From positions 642,101 through 706,100 of the forward strand of contig NC_092677.1 of the NCBI RefSeq assembly GCF_964355755.1: 64,000 nucleotides of DNA. The letters are read 5' to 3'. A program made the position numbers and the translations under genes. Below are positions 38,898 to 53,293 of this stretch, piece by piece. The notes under the pieces are model-generated. The model saw nothing but the letters and a program-made list of their open reading frames with translations, was not told where the DNA came from and ran no database searches. Each line of letters starts with the position of its first letter. Positions within the stretch are counted from its first letter, which is position 1. The stretch is from Antedon mediterranea (Eukaryota > Animalia > Echinodermata).

Positions 38898-41151
38898 TTG
38901 CGATTCAAATGGCGATCAAAAGTGGTTAAATACCTATTTACAGCATTGTATAGCATTACAATACTATTTATGTTTATTCTCCAAGGGGCCATAAATTTAC
39001 CTACCTGTGTTAAACCATGGAGGTATATAGGTCCATGGTTAAACCAAATAATTTGGAATGTTCCATTCACCACAAATCAATACATTTGTATAAACGTATA
39101 TTAAATCTATCAAAATAGTATTTTTTTTAAAGAAAAGGGAAGAAGAGACTAACAGTGACGTGTCTTTAGAAGATAAGAGGAAGGTTTATCATTCTATGAT
39201 ACGACACGAAGGTATTACTGTACATTTAATTACTGACGACAGCATCAATAATGCAAATACATTCTCTGCATTATCGACATTATAGCATAAGAGTCTGAAC
39301 AATATTATAAAATCTTACCTCAAACTACCAGTGAGTACCGCACGACAACGCACTTCTCTTGAACATCATTTCTAGCCATAGCCATTCTACAATACATAAC
39401 GACGAAACAAGATTAGCTTAGAAATTTTCATTTAGAAATAGTGTCCAATAAGTAATATACTTGCACTCAAGCTAACAATGTATAATGTAAAAGTGTAATT
39501 TTAATAAACACACTGTAAAAAAGCTACTTGAAACGCTTACCTGTGCTTCAGAACCCATATACCACATCCTTCGCTAAACAAACCGTAAGCAAACGACGAG
39601 ACAAATAAAACACAAGGGTCTATTGTCACCTGTATGCAAATGATGTACATACCGTAATACGAACTGACACGAATAAAAGAAACAATACACCAATTATGAA
39701 TAAATGAAACTAAATAGTTCATAATAATTTATCATTTATGTATATTATTTAATTATCTGGTATGCCAACATACTTTCTCATAATCAAACTGTATTAACTT
39801 TTCCCATAGATATTTTTAAAGAGGGTACTATACAACAAGATATATATGCTATACCATACACCGGATAATAGAAGAAAATGATAAAAGTTGAGAATCTTTG
39901 AGACTTTTAATGTGTTTTTGATACACAGAGAAGGAAATTAGTTGAAATAGTTCAACAGAAGGGCAACGAAAAACTATGACTATAAATTGTTTTTAAAAGA
40001 AGAAAAATAACAGTGTGTAAAGGGGAAAGAAAAAATACAAACTTTATGTCGTGAAATTAAAAACACAGTACTTCTATTTAGTAATTTGCTATTGTATTAT
40101 TTGTGTTTAACAACTTGAGCTTCACACATAATAGACAAAAGAGCACCAGGGTTTCCTGATTGTAGCTACAAAATACAATCAGTTCCTTGTTGGTTTTATG
40201 ATTATATATAGTTTGATATTGTTGTGTTTACAGTACAGTGAGTGTTACACAATACACTGCAAACAATGTTATACTTCCTTGTAGGGATGAACTAAACATT
40301 TCGGAGGACCAGATAAATTGATCGAACAATATTCATTTTATTTCCCCCTTGGTATAAGCATGGACCTATACATTTATTTTAGATGTACTGTACATGGTAT
40401 AAGGAAGTTTTATTTGTTATCGCATGATTAATTCAGCATATAGATGCAGGCCTATGATAAATTCAGTTCGAAAATACACAATCATATACAAACAACGAAT
40501 AATACTGCAAAACAACACAATGATATACAATATAATCCGTTTATTATAAAAAATAACTGTATTTTAACCCAATAACCGCGTACACAATATCGCACATTTA
40601 CGTGAATTTTGAATTAGTAAAAAATTAATACTCCAATAACTATGTGTGTAGACGAGGTAATGTTTACTGCAGTATATCTCACTGTTGTATGAATAATGTG
40701 ATACTGTAACTTTGAATGTGTTTTTAACTTTCAATATTTATTTAATTATGTACACAGTAACGTGATGTTCTTGACAATGGTATTCAGTCAGTCATTCTAC
40801 ACAGTTGACACTGAATGCAATTTGTATACCTTTTTAAAGAATCTACTGATTAGTAAAAACTATATATTATATTTACTCTGTTAGACCATCTATGAACTGA
40901 TGCATATCCTTCTATTCATTAATCGATGATTGTACCATGGAAATAGCCGCGTTTCAGTATTACAGTAGACCTACTATTATTACATGATGGTAAAATTTCA
41001 CTTGTTATCAATGATAGTTATGCAAAATAAGTAGTATTTATTAAAATATTCCCATATACTTGGCTGAAAGCAGTTTGCAGAAGAAATCGTTATATTATCA
41101 TTACTTATTCAAATATAATAGTTTATTTCAATACTTATAAAACCATAAGTT

Positions 41152-41942
41152 AAACAAGGCCAACAGCCATTAAGTCGCGTGCTACAATGCATAGTGATAT
41201 CGGACCGACATTCAGACCGACAGACAGACCGACAGACAGACAGACCGACAGACCGACAGACAGACCGACCGACCGACATAGTGAACTATACTGACCGAAA
41301 TTACTGAACATGTTTAAAAATGTTGAAATGTTTAAAAACATTTATATTTTTTTAATTTACACGTGCGTAGCCTGTCACTTTTGACGTGCTCGTATAACGT
41401 AATTTCGAGTTGAAAAGTAAGTCAAGAAAACAGAAATCGGGCAAAAAGAGTGCGCAATAACATTTAACGCGCAGTGCGCGCGCAAAAATATGCGCACTCA
41501 TGGCAATTTTGTAAACGCTTAAAATTGCCTGAAACGTACTCTTATTTCATCGAAAATAAATTTTGAAAATTTTAAGCACGCGTACGCATGCGTTACATGC
41601 GCTACGCACGTAATTGTATTGCCATATGATGATTTATGCCCTGAAATTTATGAGTACTAAATTTTATTTAATTGTGATTCATGGTTGTGAAGATATGATT
41701 ACAAACGTGATTTCGTTAAATCGTGCGTAGACCGCGTAATTTTTTATTGCGCACCGTGAAAACATAACCACATTGATTCCTGGCCATAAGGAATATACTG
41801 TGAAAAATTGACCTAGCTAGATAAAACTGATATTAAGATAAGGTCAGAAAGCGATAAAACGCATAGTGATACCGGACCGACAGACCGACAGACCAACCGA
41901 CCGACAAAGTGAACTATAGAGTCGCGTCCACGCGACTAAAAA
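41152..41942. mobile_element. Helentron/DINE-1-like GACA-family element, copy 2
   Basis: Near-identical to 17801-18598. Confidence 0.75.
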
Positions 41943-42479
41943 TATAAGGAGTACTATTTTTAATTTTTTTTTCAGTTTATAAGCTCTGATTGGTATTACT
42001 AGTTAAGATTAATTTATTTAACAGAATATAAAAATAATTGATCCAACTTATACATAGATTATTTTTATCTTTATTTTGTTTAAACAATCTGATGGTTGTC
42101 CGGTTTTTCTTCTTGATATGTTAAAGTTTCTATTTTCTCTATGTCGTTTGTATGTGTTTTTATATTGTAAGATGTTGCCCAATTGCTTTTTATTTATTTT
42201 TTATTGGTATCTTTTCTTTGTCTCATAACCAGCAACAAATTGTTTATTTTATACCAGTTGTTGAAAACATAATAAAGATTACTTGAATTTGGACTTGAAC
42301 TTGTACCCGAACTTGGTAAGGTAGACCAACAGTATCGTTTCACTAAAAACAATCAAAATGAAATGATTGAAATATATGATGTAGGAGTACGTTTCCGTAT
42401 ATAGATTAAAATCAGTGTTCATTGGAAGCAATACATACACTGTAGTATAACAGAATTTTGAAATCCAAAATTACTGAAC

Positions 42480-42990
42480 AAATGACAATGCTGTGGGTAT
42501 CAGTGACAGGGTCTCAATGGAGTAGTAATCATTTGAGAGTTTTGTCGCTCCATTAGACATCGTGGTCTATTGCAATAACTCTAAAATTTGCAATCGAGTG
42601 ACCAGCTGAATTAAAATGTTCGGCTACAGGTTGATCAAGGTTTAATGTTTGATAGCTGATCTGTGTTGTGTCATTCTTATACAGAGACTGTTTTTTGTTT
42701 CCTCGACGTACTGTTTACCACAAATATTAAAAATGCGGCCAGTTTGGTTACTCTTAAAATATCCAGTAGACTCGACAAATAAACAAGTTTGCAAGATTTG
42801 CCGCAAAGGTGACTGCCCAAATGCTGTCCTTTGTGAGAGTCAATTTGTTTAACTCTTAAATTTAGATCTACCTATAATATCAAAAACGTTGAGAGGTCTA
42901 CGGAATGTAATAATGGGTGGTTCCGGAAAAACAGTCCCGAGACGTTCTGTGGACTAGTAGAATGGGGCATATGTTTCTAAAAAATAGCCC
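42480..42990 (-). mobile_element. Degenerate Penelope-like retroelement (GIY-YIG endonuclease remnant)
   Basis: Minus-strand translation gives PPIITFRRP.., ICGKQYVEETKNSLCIRMTQHRSAIK..DQPVAEHFNSAGHS, with stop codons. Confidence 0.7.
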
Positions 42991-43935
42991 GTAATGGAGG
43001 CAACCTAGTGTTATACATAATGTATATGTTGTCCGAAATCTTTGCTAATTTTTCTGGATGTTTTACTTTATCGTTTTGATTTACCTTTTTGCTTATTTTA
43101 TTTTGTTTCTCAATTGAGATCCAGCAACTGATACCCACAGCATTTTTACTATTTTTAGTTATTTGCCTTAGGAATTATATATACATATAAATAATATAAA
43201 CACTGTCTAATTATTGAAACAGTGCTCATATTTGGAACATGATCTCATAACCACGTCGAGCATAGCTCCTCGGCAAAAGTTCCGTATTTTGTAAGTTGTA
43301 TGAAAAAATGTCTCTGGCGGGATTAGAATCATATATACATTCTTTTTCACTTACATACACAAATGCTGATGAGAAAAACCAAAACTACAACAATCACTAC
43401 ACTAATTGTCCATATTGGTGTAGTCTCTGTAATAAAAAAATAATTATCACTGATTATCAACGAATCCACTTAGCCCAACCCCTGTCCGGTCTACGCTGTC
43501 CAAAATCCTAAGTATGGGTGTAAAATACATTCAAGAGGTCCAGATAGTTTGAAGCATATTGGCGATATTATCTCTATGATTATTTATTAGGAAACATGCA
43601 ATTAGAAAAAAAGTTATTTCAAGAACAATTTAGTGTTTGGAGGTTGTGGGTATAGCTCCCTGATGCAAGTTACTTCGTTTATTATAATCATCATTGTAAT
43701 AATTGTGATAAGTTATAATGAATTTTGGAATCAGATGCACTGATGCATGTTTGGTTGAAAATTAAAAGCTGCAATGATTGTTGTTCTTGTTTTAACTTCT
43801 GTTGGAGTGTTGGTACTACTACTGTGACTTCACCCTGGCCAGTACGGCTATCAAGTATGTAAGAATGTAGATGTTGGCAACAACTTGGCAACAAGCTTGC
43901 AAATGCAAAGTTTGAAAATGTAGTGATACAATATA

Positions 43936-44738
43936 AAACAAGGCCAACAGCCATTAAGTCGCGTGCTACAATGCATAGTGATACCGGACCGACAGAATAA
44001 CCGACAGACCGACAGACAGACGGACCGACCGACATAGTGAACTATACTGACCGAAATTACTGAACATGTTTAAAAATGTTGAAATGTTTAAAAACATTTA
44101 TTTTTTTAAAATTTACACGTGCGTAGCCTGTCACTTTCGACGTGCTCGTATAACATAATTTCGAGTTGAAAAGTAAGTCAAGAAAACAGAAATCGGGCAA
44201 AAAGAGTGCGCAATAACATTTAACGCGCAGTGCGCGCGCAAAAATATGCGCACTCATGGCAATTTTGTAAACGCTTAAAATTGCCTGAAATGTACTCTTA
44301 TTTCATCGAAAATAAATTTTGAAAATGTTAAGCGCGCGTACGCATGCGCTACATGCGCTATGCACGTAATTGTATTGCCATATGATGATTTATGCCCTGA
44401 AATTTATGAGTACCAAATTTTATTTAATTGTGATTCATGGTTGTGAAGATATGATTACAAACGTGATTTCGTTAAATCGTGCGTAGACCGCGTAATTTTT
44501 TATTGCGCACCGTGAAAACATAACCACATCGATTCCTGGCCATAAGGAATATTCTGTGAAAAATTGACTTAGCTAGATTAAACTGATATCAAGATAAGGT
44601 CATAAAGCGATAAAACGCATAGTGATACCGGACCGACAGACAGACAGACAGACAGACCGACAGACAGACCGACAGACAGACAGACAGACCGACCGACCGA
44701 CATAGTGAACTATAGAGTCGCTTCCACGCGATTAAAAA
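43936..44738. mobile_element. Helentron/DINE-1-like GACA-family element, copy 3
   Basis: Near-identical to 17801-18598. Confidence 0.75.
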
Positions 44739-44779
44739 TAAATAAATAAAAATAAATAAATGTTGAATTGAAATTATCT

Positions 44780-46720
44780 ACCTTCTGGGCACAACGTTTT
44801 TGAGAAAGTTACAAAAACTGGATGATTTTATAACTAACTTCCAAGAAATTCCCTATTATATTTATCTACATAAGCAGTTCTTAAGTTCAAAGCTAAAGTC
44901 ATGTCTAGGTACTTGCATGTTTGAACCATCAGGGCCATGGTCACCAGTAGACCTATGGTTGGTATGTTTTCAATCTGATGACCACTTTTTTGTCAGAAGC
45001 TTGAAGGAAATAAAGATACAGCTCATTCACAAGCTCCATGAGCAGCATTAACTCCCACATCTCATCTTCTATAGTCTGTACAAATTTCATTTGAGGTACC
45101 CCCTAAGATGGAACATTATACACTGGTTTGATGAGTGCACAGGGTCGTGGTATAACAACTCAGAGAAAGGCAAAATAATTCCCAGTGATGACTCTTGACC
45201 AAGATGAGTAGGAGGTGGACAGAGATGATTTATTTCGACCCGGTGAGCTGTATGTCTTTTGGACATGCATTATTGGGAATATAGTGTTGAGGCCAGTGGA
45301 ATTAAGATTTGGTTGAAGCTGAACTTGTATTTCCTACAAAAGCGACACAAATATCTTAAATGGAAAAAATCTCTACAGGACGTCACAGAAGCCCATATAC
45401 TAACTCTGCTTTCTATCTCTGGCATCCTTTCTAGAAAAAAAATGATTGAAATGATGAGAAAGAGATTACAAGTGACGTATCGTTTTGTTGGAAAGACACT
45501 TATCATTATGAACTTGAATAAAGAGCTGAGTCAACGAAATTAAAATGCTGTCAATAAAAGTTAAACTATATCCCTTTTATGTCTGAGCCACAGGGACAAC
45601 GAAATCTGTTGTGGCACATACAAAGTACACAGGCTTTTATGACCACCTGAACTACGCCCGGTTACTTCTGATTTATCTTTCAACAATGCAGACCACAGCA
45701 CATTCCAGATATTGGACAGAGTTTATAAGAGGAAATTATGTGTGACAAAGGGACTTGCTGGATCTGTCACGGAATTGAACAAGAAGATCGTAAAGGTCAT
45801 TGGGTGTGGTGTCATTGGAGTAACACAATTACACAAATTAATGATTTCATCAGAGCTGACAAATCTAGTTGATGTGTTTGAAAGTCAACAATTAAAGAGA
45901 GATGACACAAGGAAAGGCATCCCGAATAATAAGGAATGGAATGTTGCATTTGTAGGTGTTACTTGACTATGAGATCCATTCAATTCAGTAATGATTGTAA
46001 TGAACTTTATATTCTTGCAAAGAAATAATGAATGAAAAGGTAATAAAGGATATAATAAAGCATGATGACATTGTACAGAAAATGTTTGAGGCATTGAAGA
46101 ATTGGCTAACTGTTTATATGGGATCCAATGAAAAGGAAGACATTCAAATACATGACGGTGAAAACAGGTGACAAACTTATAAAAGTGAAAGAGGACTCCT
46201 ATTTTAGCGATTCTTTGTCACATACGTAGTCCGACCGGACATATGTGTAAGAGTTTAGCGTTATTCATGTGCACTTTTTACTTTTAACTTTTTACTTCTT
46301 CTGGTATATGACAAAGATATCATCAGAAGCATACTGTAATTCCTAAAGAGCAATACATTTCAATAGATGAAACAATACAACTAGGACTTAACATCAGATC
46401 AGTACACAATTAATATTATTATAAATGGTTAGATGGTAGTAAACTCAATATATAAAACATATGAAATGAGGTATTGCAGTGCTTTTGCTTTGTTTCTAAA
46501 CAAGTTGTTGAGATCGCAGATCGGTTCTGTTGTAGTACGATGGATACAATTAGTTCTGGAAGTCAGTTGTCATTCAACTGAAGAAGTTTATGAAATGTTT
46601 TGATATGAAGAAATATACTGTACTGTAGGCTTCCTGATAGTCACACTATGTCACATACTTTTTAAAAATAAATTTAATCCATTAAAAAAAATGGCAGCCA
46701 TTTTGAAATTCAAATTTGCT
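44780..46720 (+). mobile_element. Heavily decayed DNA-transposon coding remnant (possibly Academ-type)
   Basis: Broken reading frames with fragments such as KVIGCGVIGVTQ, MTVKTGDKLIKVKEDS, SRPD and CHSTEE. The family call is tentative recall only. Confidence 0.3.
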
Positions 46721-48385
46721 GTTGTTGTTGTCATAGGCCTCATTTTATGTGATTTCAATCAATGTTATTTAAGGTACACACGTTTTAATAAGAAATGTAA
46801 CATTTCTTTTTTAAATTGGTCCATTTTGAAGTTTAAAATGGCAGATTACTACTTTTGAATGTTTATATAGCAGAAAACCCATAAGCCTTAATTTTAACTT
46901 AAAATATTATTCATAATGGGGTGTTAATTTGTCCTATATGTTACATTTATTGGACATTTTGCATATTGACGGCCAAATCTTGGATTTTACACCCTTATGC
47001 TTTTTTTAGAAAAATGGTAACATATTTTACACTCTAAAGGGTTAGGGCCTACATTAATATACTAAATATAAATTTACTTTCTAATGGTTAAATCACAGTA
47101 GGAGCAAGACGGCCTTAATTTCATATACATGTATTTTTCTGCGTTTTACCGGGAGTTTTCCATAAATGTAAGACCAAATCATAATTTTGTTTAGTTTTTT
47201 ATTTCCATATAGTAGGCCTACCCTATCCCTATTTACAGATATTCCGAACTTTTTTTGCTTTTTTCTGCAAATTAACGTTTTGCTCAATATTTATAGAAGA
47301 CGTTTCATTTTTTTTCTAACTTTTGTTATTAATTTGCATTCGATCGTATTGCTGTTTGCTAGCGGACTAGAGTACTATTTTCGGTGTCATTCAGCAAAAT
47401 TCGCTTAACAAAACATACTATCAACGACCCTTGATTACTGGGCAACCCTATTAAAATAGTCCTGCGACTGCCCCTGATACAGACAATTCAAAATATATAG
47501 TGATTATTAAGCATACAATTTTTTTTCACTACCGGTATTAAAAGAAAGTTTTTGTCAATCGGTATACTGTTAGCTTAAAACAAATGATAAAATTATCAAA
47601 ATAAAACTTATTTTATGCCTATACTATTACTATAAATATTATATTTTCAAATGACAAAACTGAGTTATATATATTTTGTCCATATGCAATTAAATCATTA
47701 AAATAAATTGCTACTATGCACAAAATGTAGGCCATAATCAGTTTTGACCTCACACTAGTCTGGTCTCTTATGGTGTGGACATTCCTTAACAATGGAGAGA
47801 ATCATGCTGGTGTAGAATTTTCCATGTAAAAATATTGCCTGGAAACTAGTGTGTGGAGACACACTAATTGTTAGATCTAACATAAATGGTTAAATTCCAT
47901 TAAGCATGGGGGTTTAAAACGTGCCTCAATCACGTCTTAATTGGTCACAATACAATAATTAACAATCAGGTATTCTGTAATCACGTGACTGATTCACTGC
48001 ACTATTTAGAGTCCATAGTTATGGAGGTGTCCACTATTTAAAATTAACACTCAAATAGCGTACATTTCTACGGTAAACTCATGAATATCAGCGCTTTACA
48101 TAATTGTCATAACATTGGATGAAATAAAAATGATATAAAAACTATATTATAGGTCCTTTTGCCATCCTGCGTAAGCAAAATACATTCCAATTTGGCAAAA
48201 GGATATTTGTGTCAACAAATTGGATCCCTAATCGTTAGCGACTCGCTGGCATGAACCTACAATGTAAATCATCATTAGTAGATACCATTTAGATCATGCT
48301 AACAATGAAATGATTCACAGTTCAACCCAGCAGATGATTAATCTAAAATATTTCCTATGGATGTTGTGGCAAATCAAAATCTTAC

Positions 48386-49969
48386 CATGTATTTTAATTT
48401 TAGCTGAATACGTTGTTGATCCAATGATGTTAGTAACTGTCACATTAACAGTGCCAGATTCCGATACTTTCAGTGTAAATGTTGATCCATTGTTGACAGC
48501 ATCTTCATTTCCAGGAAGATCAGTAGACCACAGATAATTGACGTCAGGAGGATTAGTTGATACAGTTACAGATGTTATTGTATAAGTCTCACCAGGAGAA
48601 ACAATAAGATCATTTAATTTAAATTCAGGCGTATCTAAAATAGAAAATAAAAGTTGTTGATTATTTATATATAATTAATTTGTACCTAAATGTAGGTAAA
48701 TTATTGTTGGAAAAGTATAAAACCTTATTATTTTGTCCGGCCATGATTACATCCCGGAACGTTACTTAAACTATTTTTGTGTAAAACCCAAATGCAAACA
48801 TTAATGAATCCAATTACATGAATATTATTCCAAAAACATAAAATTATCATTGTATACTTACATTGTACCTCTAGGTTTCTAGAATCACTTTTCTGTTTGT
48901 TACCAGCACCATTATCCGCCTCGCACTCATAACTTCCATCATCAGTACGACTTACTGATGGAATTGTAAACAAACACGAACCATTGTGTGGTACGTCATC
49001 ATCTTTTATAAAGTTGAACATAGCTTCTGTACTAGAATCCACAACACATGTCATGAAAACTCCATCTCCTTCAGTTACAGGTGTCGTAAAGTTAATTACA
49101 GGTTTATCTAAATCTATAACATTTAAGAATAATCTATATTATTGTTGTCGTCGTTGTCGTCGTAACAATTTTAGAAATTAGTAGCACAAGCAATGTTGTT
49201 TAATATTTTATCAACATAATAAAATAACTTCATACAATTTTGAATAAATCCAGATGATTTTGAGTGCATTCACTTTGTAAAACCAGGCACTCACACCAGT
49301 TAATTTAGTTAATTCTTAATCTTAGTTTTATCTTTAAAAATCTCTCTCTTTTTATAATATTTTTAGTGGTAATGTTACAGTATACTCATACACATGACGT
49401 AAAAACAAAATGATTTACTTACAGTGAACAGTTAGTGTGCATATATCATCATCAGCTGATGGAATGTCTCCAACTAAAGTGACATCACATTGGTATGTGC
49501 CACTGTCACTTCTGAGAGTGTTGGTAATTACAAGAGTGATGTCATTTTCAACACTAAATTTGTCACTGTATCCAGGTTCTATTACACCAAATCCATTCTG
49601 ATAAATTGCTATTGTATCCGTTACACCATTGGTAACATTACTCCATCTAACAGTAGGAACAGCTCCACTGCTAGCTGGTACAATGTTACATGTTATTCTT
49701 GCTTCAGATCCTTCAGCTGCATCTACGTCATCAACTGTCACTGTTACTGCAACACATATTATGTCTAACCAAACTATATTAAAAACCATGAATAACGTCA
49801 TACTTTGCATCATATTTAAGACAGAAAAATTATATTTCAATTATTATATCTACTCTCAAATTGTTAGGTACTGTATTGCCAAAACTAACTTGAATTAAAG
49901 ACTAATATAGGTACAGTAAACCTTACCTGTGATACCAATGATGATATAGAAAATATCTTTTAATGTCAT
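48386..49969 (-). CDS. Ig receptor 4 (SP, IgV, Ig2, PKD-like), inverted; no family-type TM or tail exon found
   Basis: Exons 49927-49969 (MTLKDIFYIIIGIT), 49423-49764, 48862-49113 and 48386-48634, all open, with GT-AG sites and phase-1 junctions. Confidence 0.8.
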
Positions 49970-51649
49970 ATTTGACTTTAATGTTGTCGACCCTGTAACA
50001 GATAAATTTAAGTCAATTGGCATCTATTACAATAAATGATTATTTATAATAAACTGAAGGGGACCAGGTTTATATTTCTGTTTTGTCGAGCACTTTTTCA
50101 GAGTGTATAAAGCACTTTTTGAAGATTGATCTTTGTTATGATTCTTTCTGAATGGTTGATTCGTCCATATCAATGCATCAATTATATTCAATTAATATTG
50201 ATTAAAGGGCCCACAGTAGAAATAAGTTGTTATTCTGTGTTTTTATCCTTGAATACGTTGATCTTCAGAAAATAAATAAAATAAAAATACATTAGCCTAT
50301 ACAAATCAGGGATTTCTAAACTCCCTGCTGATATAATTATACCAATATAGGAAGTTTCGTATCCGCCCCTAAAATAATAAAAATTGTTTCAACAACAATA
50401 CTTCATCCAACATATACTCACGGTTTGTTTACAACATCCTGCAAACATAGACCTTAAATATTGTTAAGTTTTTATTTATAACTATTTTGAATCATTAATA
50501 ATTGAGCACCCTCTCAGAAATCTATCGCCAGCTTGCTTGTGCTTACGGGGCGCCGTTCAGGACATTGCTAATTTTGGATCCCTGAATATAAATAATGACC
50601 TCGGATACCATATAATATGAAATACTTGCTATTCGTAAAAATAAAAATAATATGTTTGTCAGTATTTTTTTAAAGACTAAATAAGATAAGGAATATAACA
50701 TTTTAAAGTAGCATGTTTATTGTTCGTGGCGGGGTATAAAACAGAACAAACAGACTGCGCATATACTTTCTACATGGTACGTTTTGTTTTCAGTTGATTC
50801 GCAGCGTTCTATAGAGGGCCGTGGTTATTAAAGACATGGAGTTCATCTACGTTTCCATCCATTTATCAATCCATAATTGTATTATGTCAACAAAATTAGT
50901 AATGTCCCGAACGGCGCCCCGTATAGACGATAAAGTGCGGACGAACTTCTGTTGTCAAATATTGACACATAAAATAGAGGGCACTGTTACTTTTTTTAAG
51001 CATGCACAAAATAAAATGTGCATGTATTTCCTAAAGTCCGACATGAACTGAACTGAACCTGATTGTATCTCTTTTATATCAGAGGCATAGTCTCAATGAG
51101 ATGTGCAACAAACATACAGTAAATAAAAATGTAAAATTAGACATAAAAACAAATAATAAAATATTTTCAAAGCATGCTTGGTCATAACAAACAACTGAAA
51201 AGTTGAGATCTTCAAATATAAGACTTTGTAAAAAACAAAATATTAAAGAAAACTGGAGAGAAAAACTAGGAAATATACAAAATTAAGTTAGAGAAGGAAT
51301 TCTATTAAAATATATCATTTCATGTGTTCAATGCCATGGTTAGAAATATTTTTACAATGTTTGGCGAAAATATGACTTGCTAATTCATATTATCATGGGT
51401 TATAGAATTGGCGTAATTTTTAATTCATTATGGATTTCAAGATCATCGAGGAATAAGTGGTATTTAACATATAGAGAGCCAGTAGCAAACAATTCACAAA
51501 ATATGGATAGATTATTGTTGTTCAGTTCTTCTTGATTTTCATGAGTGTTGGTGGTCTTACGTACTTAAGTCGTTTGCGTTCAAATACGAAATAATAATAA
51601 CAGTTTCTTGTTCATTACAATTACACAATAAACATATACCTGCATTTTT

Positions 51650-52170
51650 AGGTGACCATGCTTATTTTTGAAGTTGTGCAGGTAACATTTCACGACGTTT
51701 ACAATTGCGCAACGTGACTTACGCGCGATGTTATGAATTTCGCTTATTTAACATAGGTCGAAAACGAAATAACATTTTAAATCGAAACTTAGCAAAAGTG
51801 TGATTTATATCATGCTCTAACTTTCTGATGAAAAAATCTGTTCCAAAGAAAGTTTTCAGAATAAATAAATTTTATTAACAATGTGAATTATGTTTTCCAG
51901 CCCTTTCTAGTTATTTTACCAAATTTTAAACCATTTCGACTTAAAATCACGTAAAATTCGCTTTTGATGACGAATTTCAAAAATTCGGATCATGCATCAA
52001 TATGACTAAGCATTTCACGTCTTCGTATGGCCACTCAAATATGAAATATAGGATATTTGTCCCTTTCGTCATAGCTCATCACATTTAAATAGAGCGCATC
52101 TCCACTATTCCATTTAAACTCCCCTCCACCCACCGATGATGATATTTTCTACGTCAATCAATTACCTTTC
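51650..52170 (-). mobile_element. Decayed inverted fragment of the Helentron-like element at 22259-23835
   Basis: Reverse-complement similarity to ~22900-23670. Confidence 0.55.
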
Positions 52171-53293
52171 GCATTAATTTAGCGGAAACTAAACAATAAC
52201 TAAAAATCATTTCACAACACATTCACAAATATAATTACAGCGTCCTCTCTATTCGATGTCACTTTAGACAAAAATTCTACATTCTGCAAACCTTTCAATG
52301 CAATTCCGACAAATTATATGTATGGAATTTTCTTTATCTATTTTCTTCTCTTCTTCTAGTGTTGTAAGCTATTATTATTTATAAAGTATTGAACGTATTA
52401 AACGTATTAAAACAAATACTTGAGCAATTGGTATTTGCCTCTGATATAACAGTAGCATGCATTTTAGATTAAAATAAGGTATTTCCTTGATAGGGATGGA
52501 CTCATAATCGATAAGAACGTATTTTTATAATAAACGAACGAAAACAATTCTGTGTGGTCGAAAAGTATGGTTCATCGCCATATATCGATAGGGCCTAATT
52601 TAGATTTGTATTACGGCAATGAAAAAGCTATGAGTTGGGACAGGAGTTGAGCCTGGTTTACGACATATACTAATTACTAGACGGATCACAAAAAAATAAG
52701 GTATGTTAGATACATTACTAGTGAATATCTTCCAGAGCGAGTACACCAAACTCGTCCCACGTCAATATACTTGTCAATTTAATACTCCATTAATCACCTG
52801 AACATAACCCTAAACCTCGGTTCATACTTATAACCTTTCCAGTACAGTTTTGGAAATGTATAATAATATCTCAAACTCCAGTATCCCCATTTTCAAAATA
52901 TTTAGTTTGAAATCTTACACTATTATGGTCATGTTGACAAGCTCCTTAGAATAATATGGATGCGTGAAATAGCAAAATTAACAAACAGTCAGTGGTGAAA
53001 CGTGGGCCATTTACACCCCATTTTGGCCTCTATATTTTACAAAAGGGTAATAGTTACAAGGTAAAAGGAATTGTGTAGCTTTTCGTGTGATTAAATCTTG
53101 TAGGACCCGACGGGAATTTTTGGGCTACTGTCTCTGGGGCCACTTACAGGATAAATACAACCTGTATTATTATTGTTGAAATATGGTTAGAAATATGTAT
53201 TTTAATTCAAAATGATTTGTATTAAGTTATCTAAACATCATAAACTTTACATTTTTCCATTTAACAAAGGTACATGAGTAATATAATTTTGTG

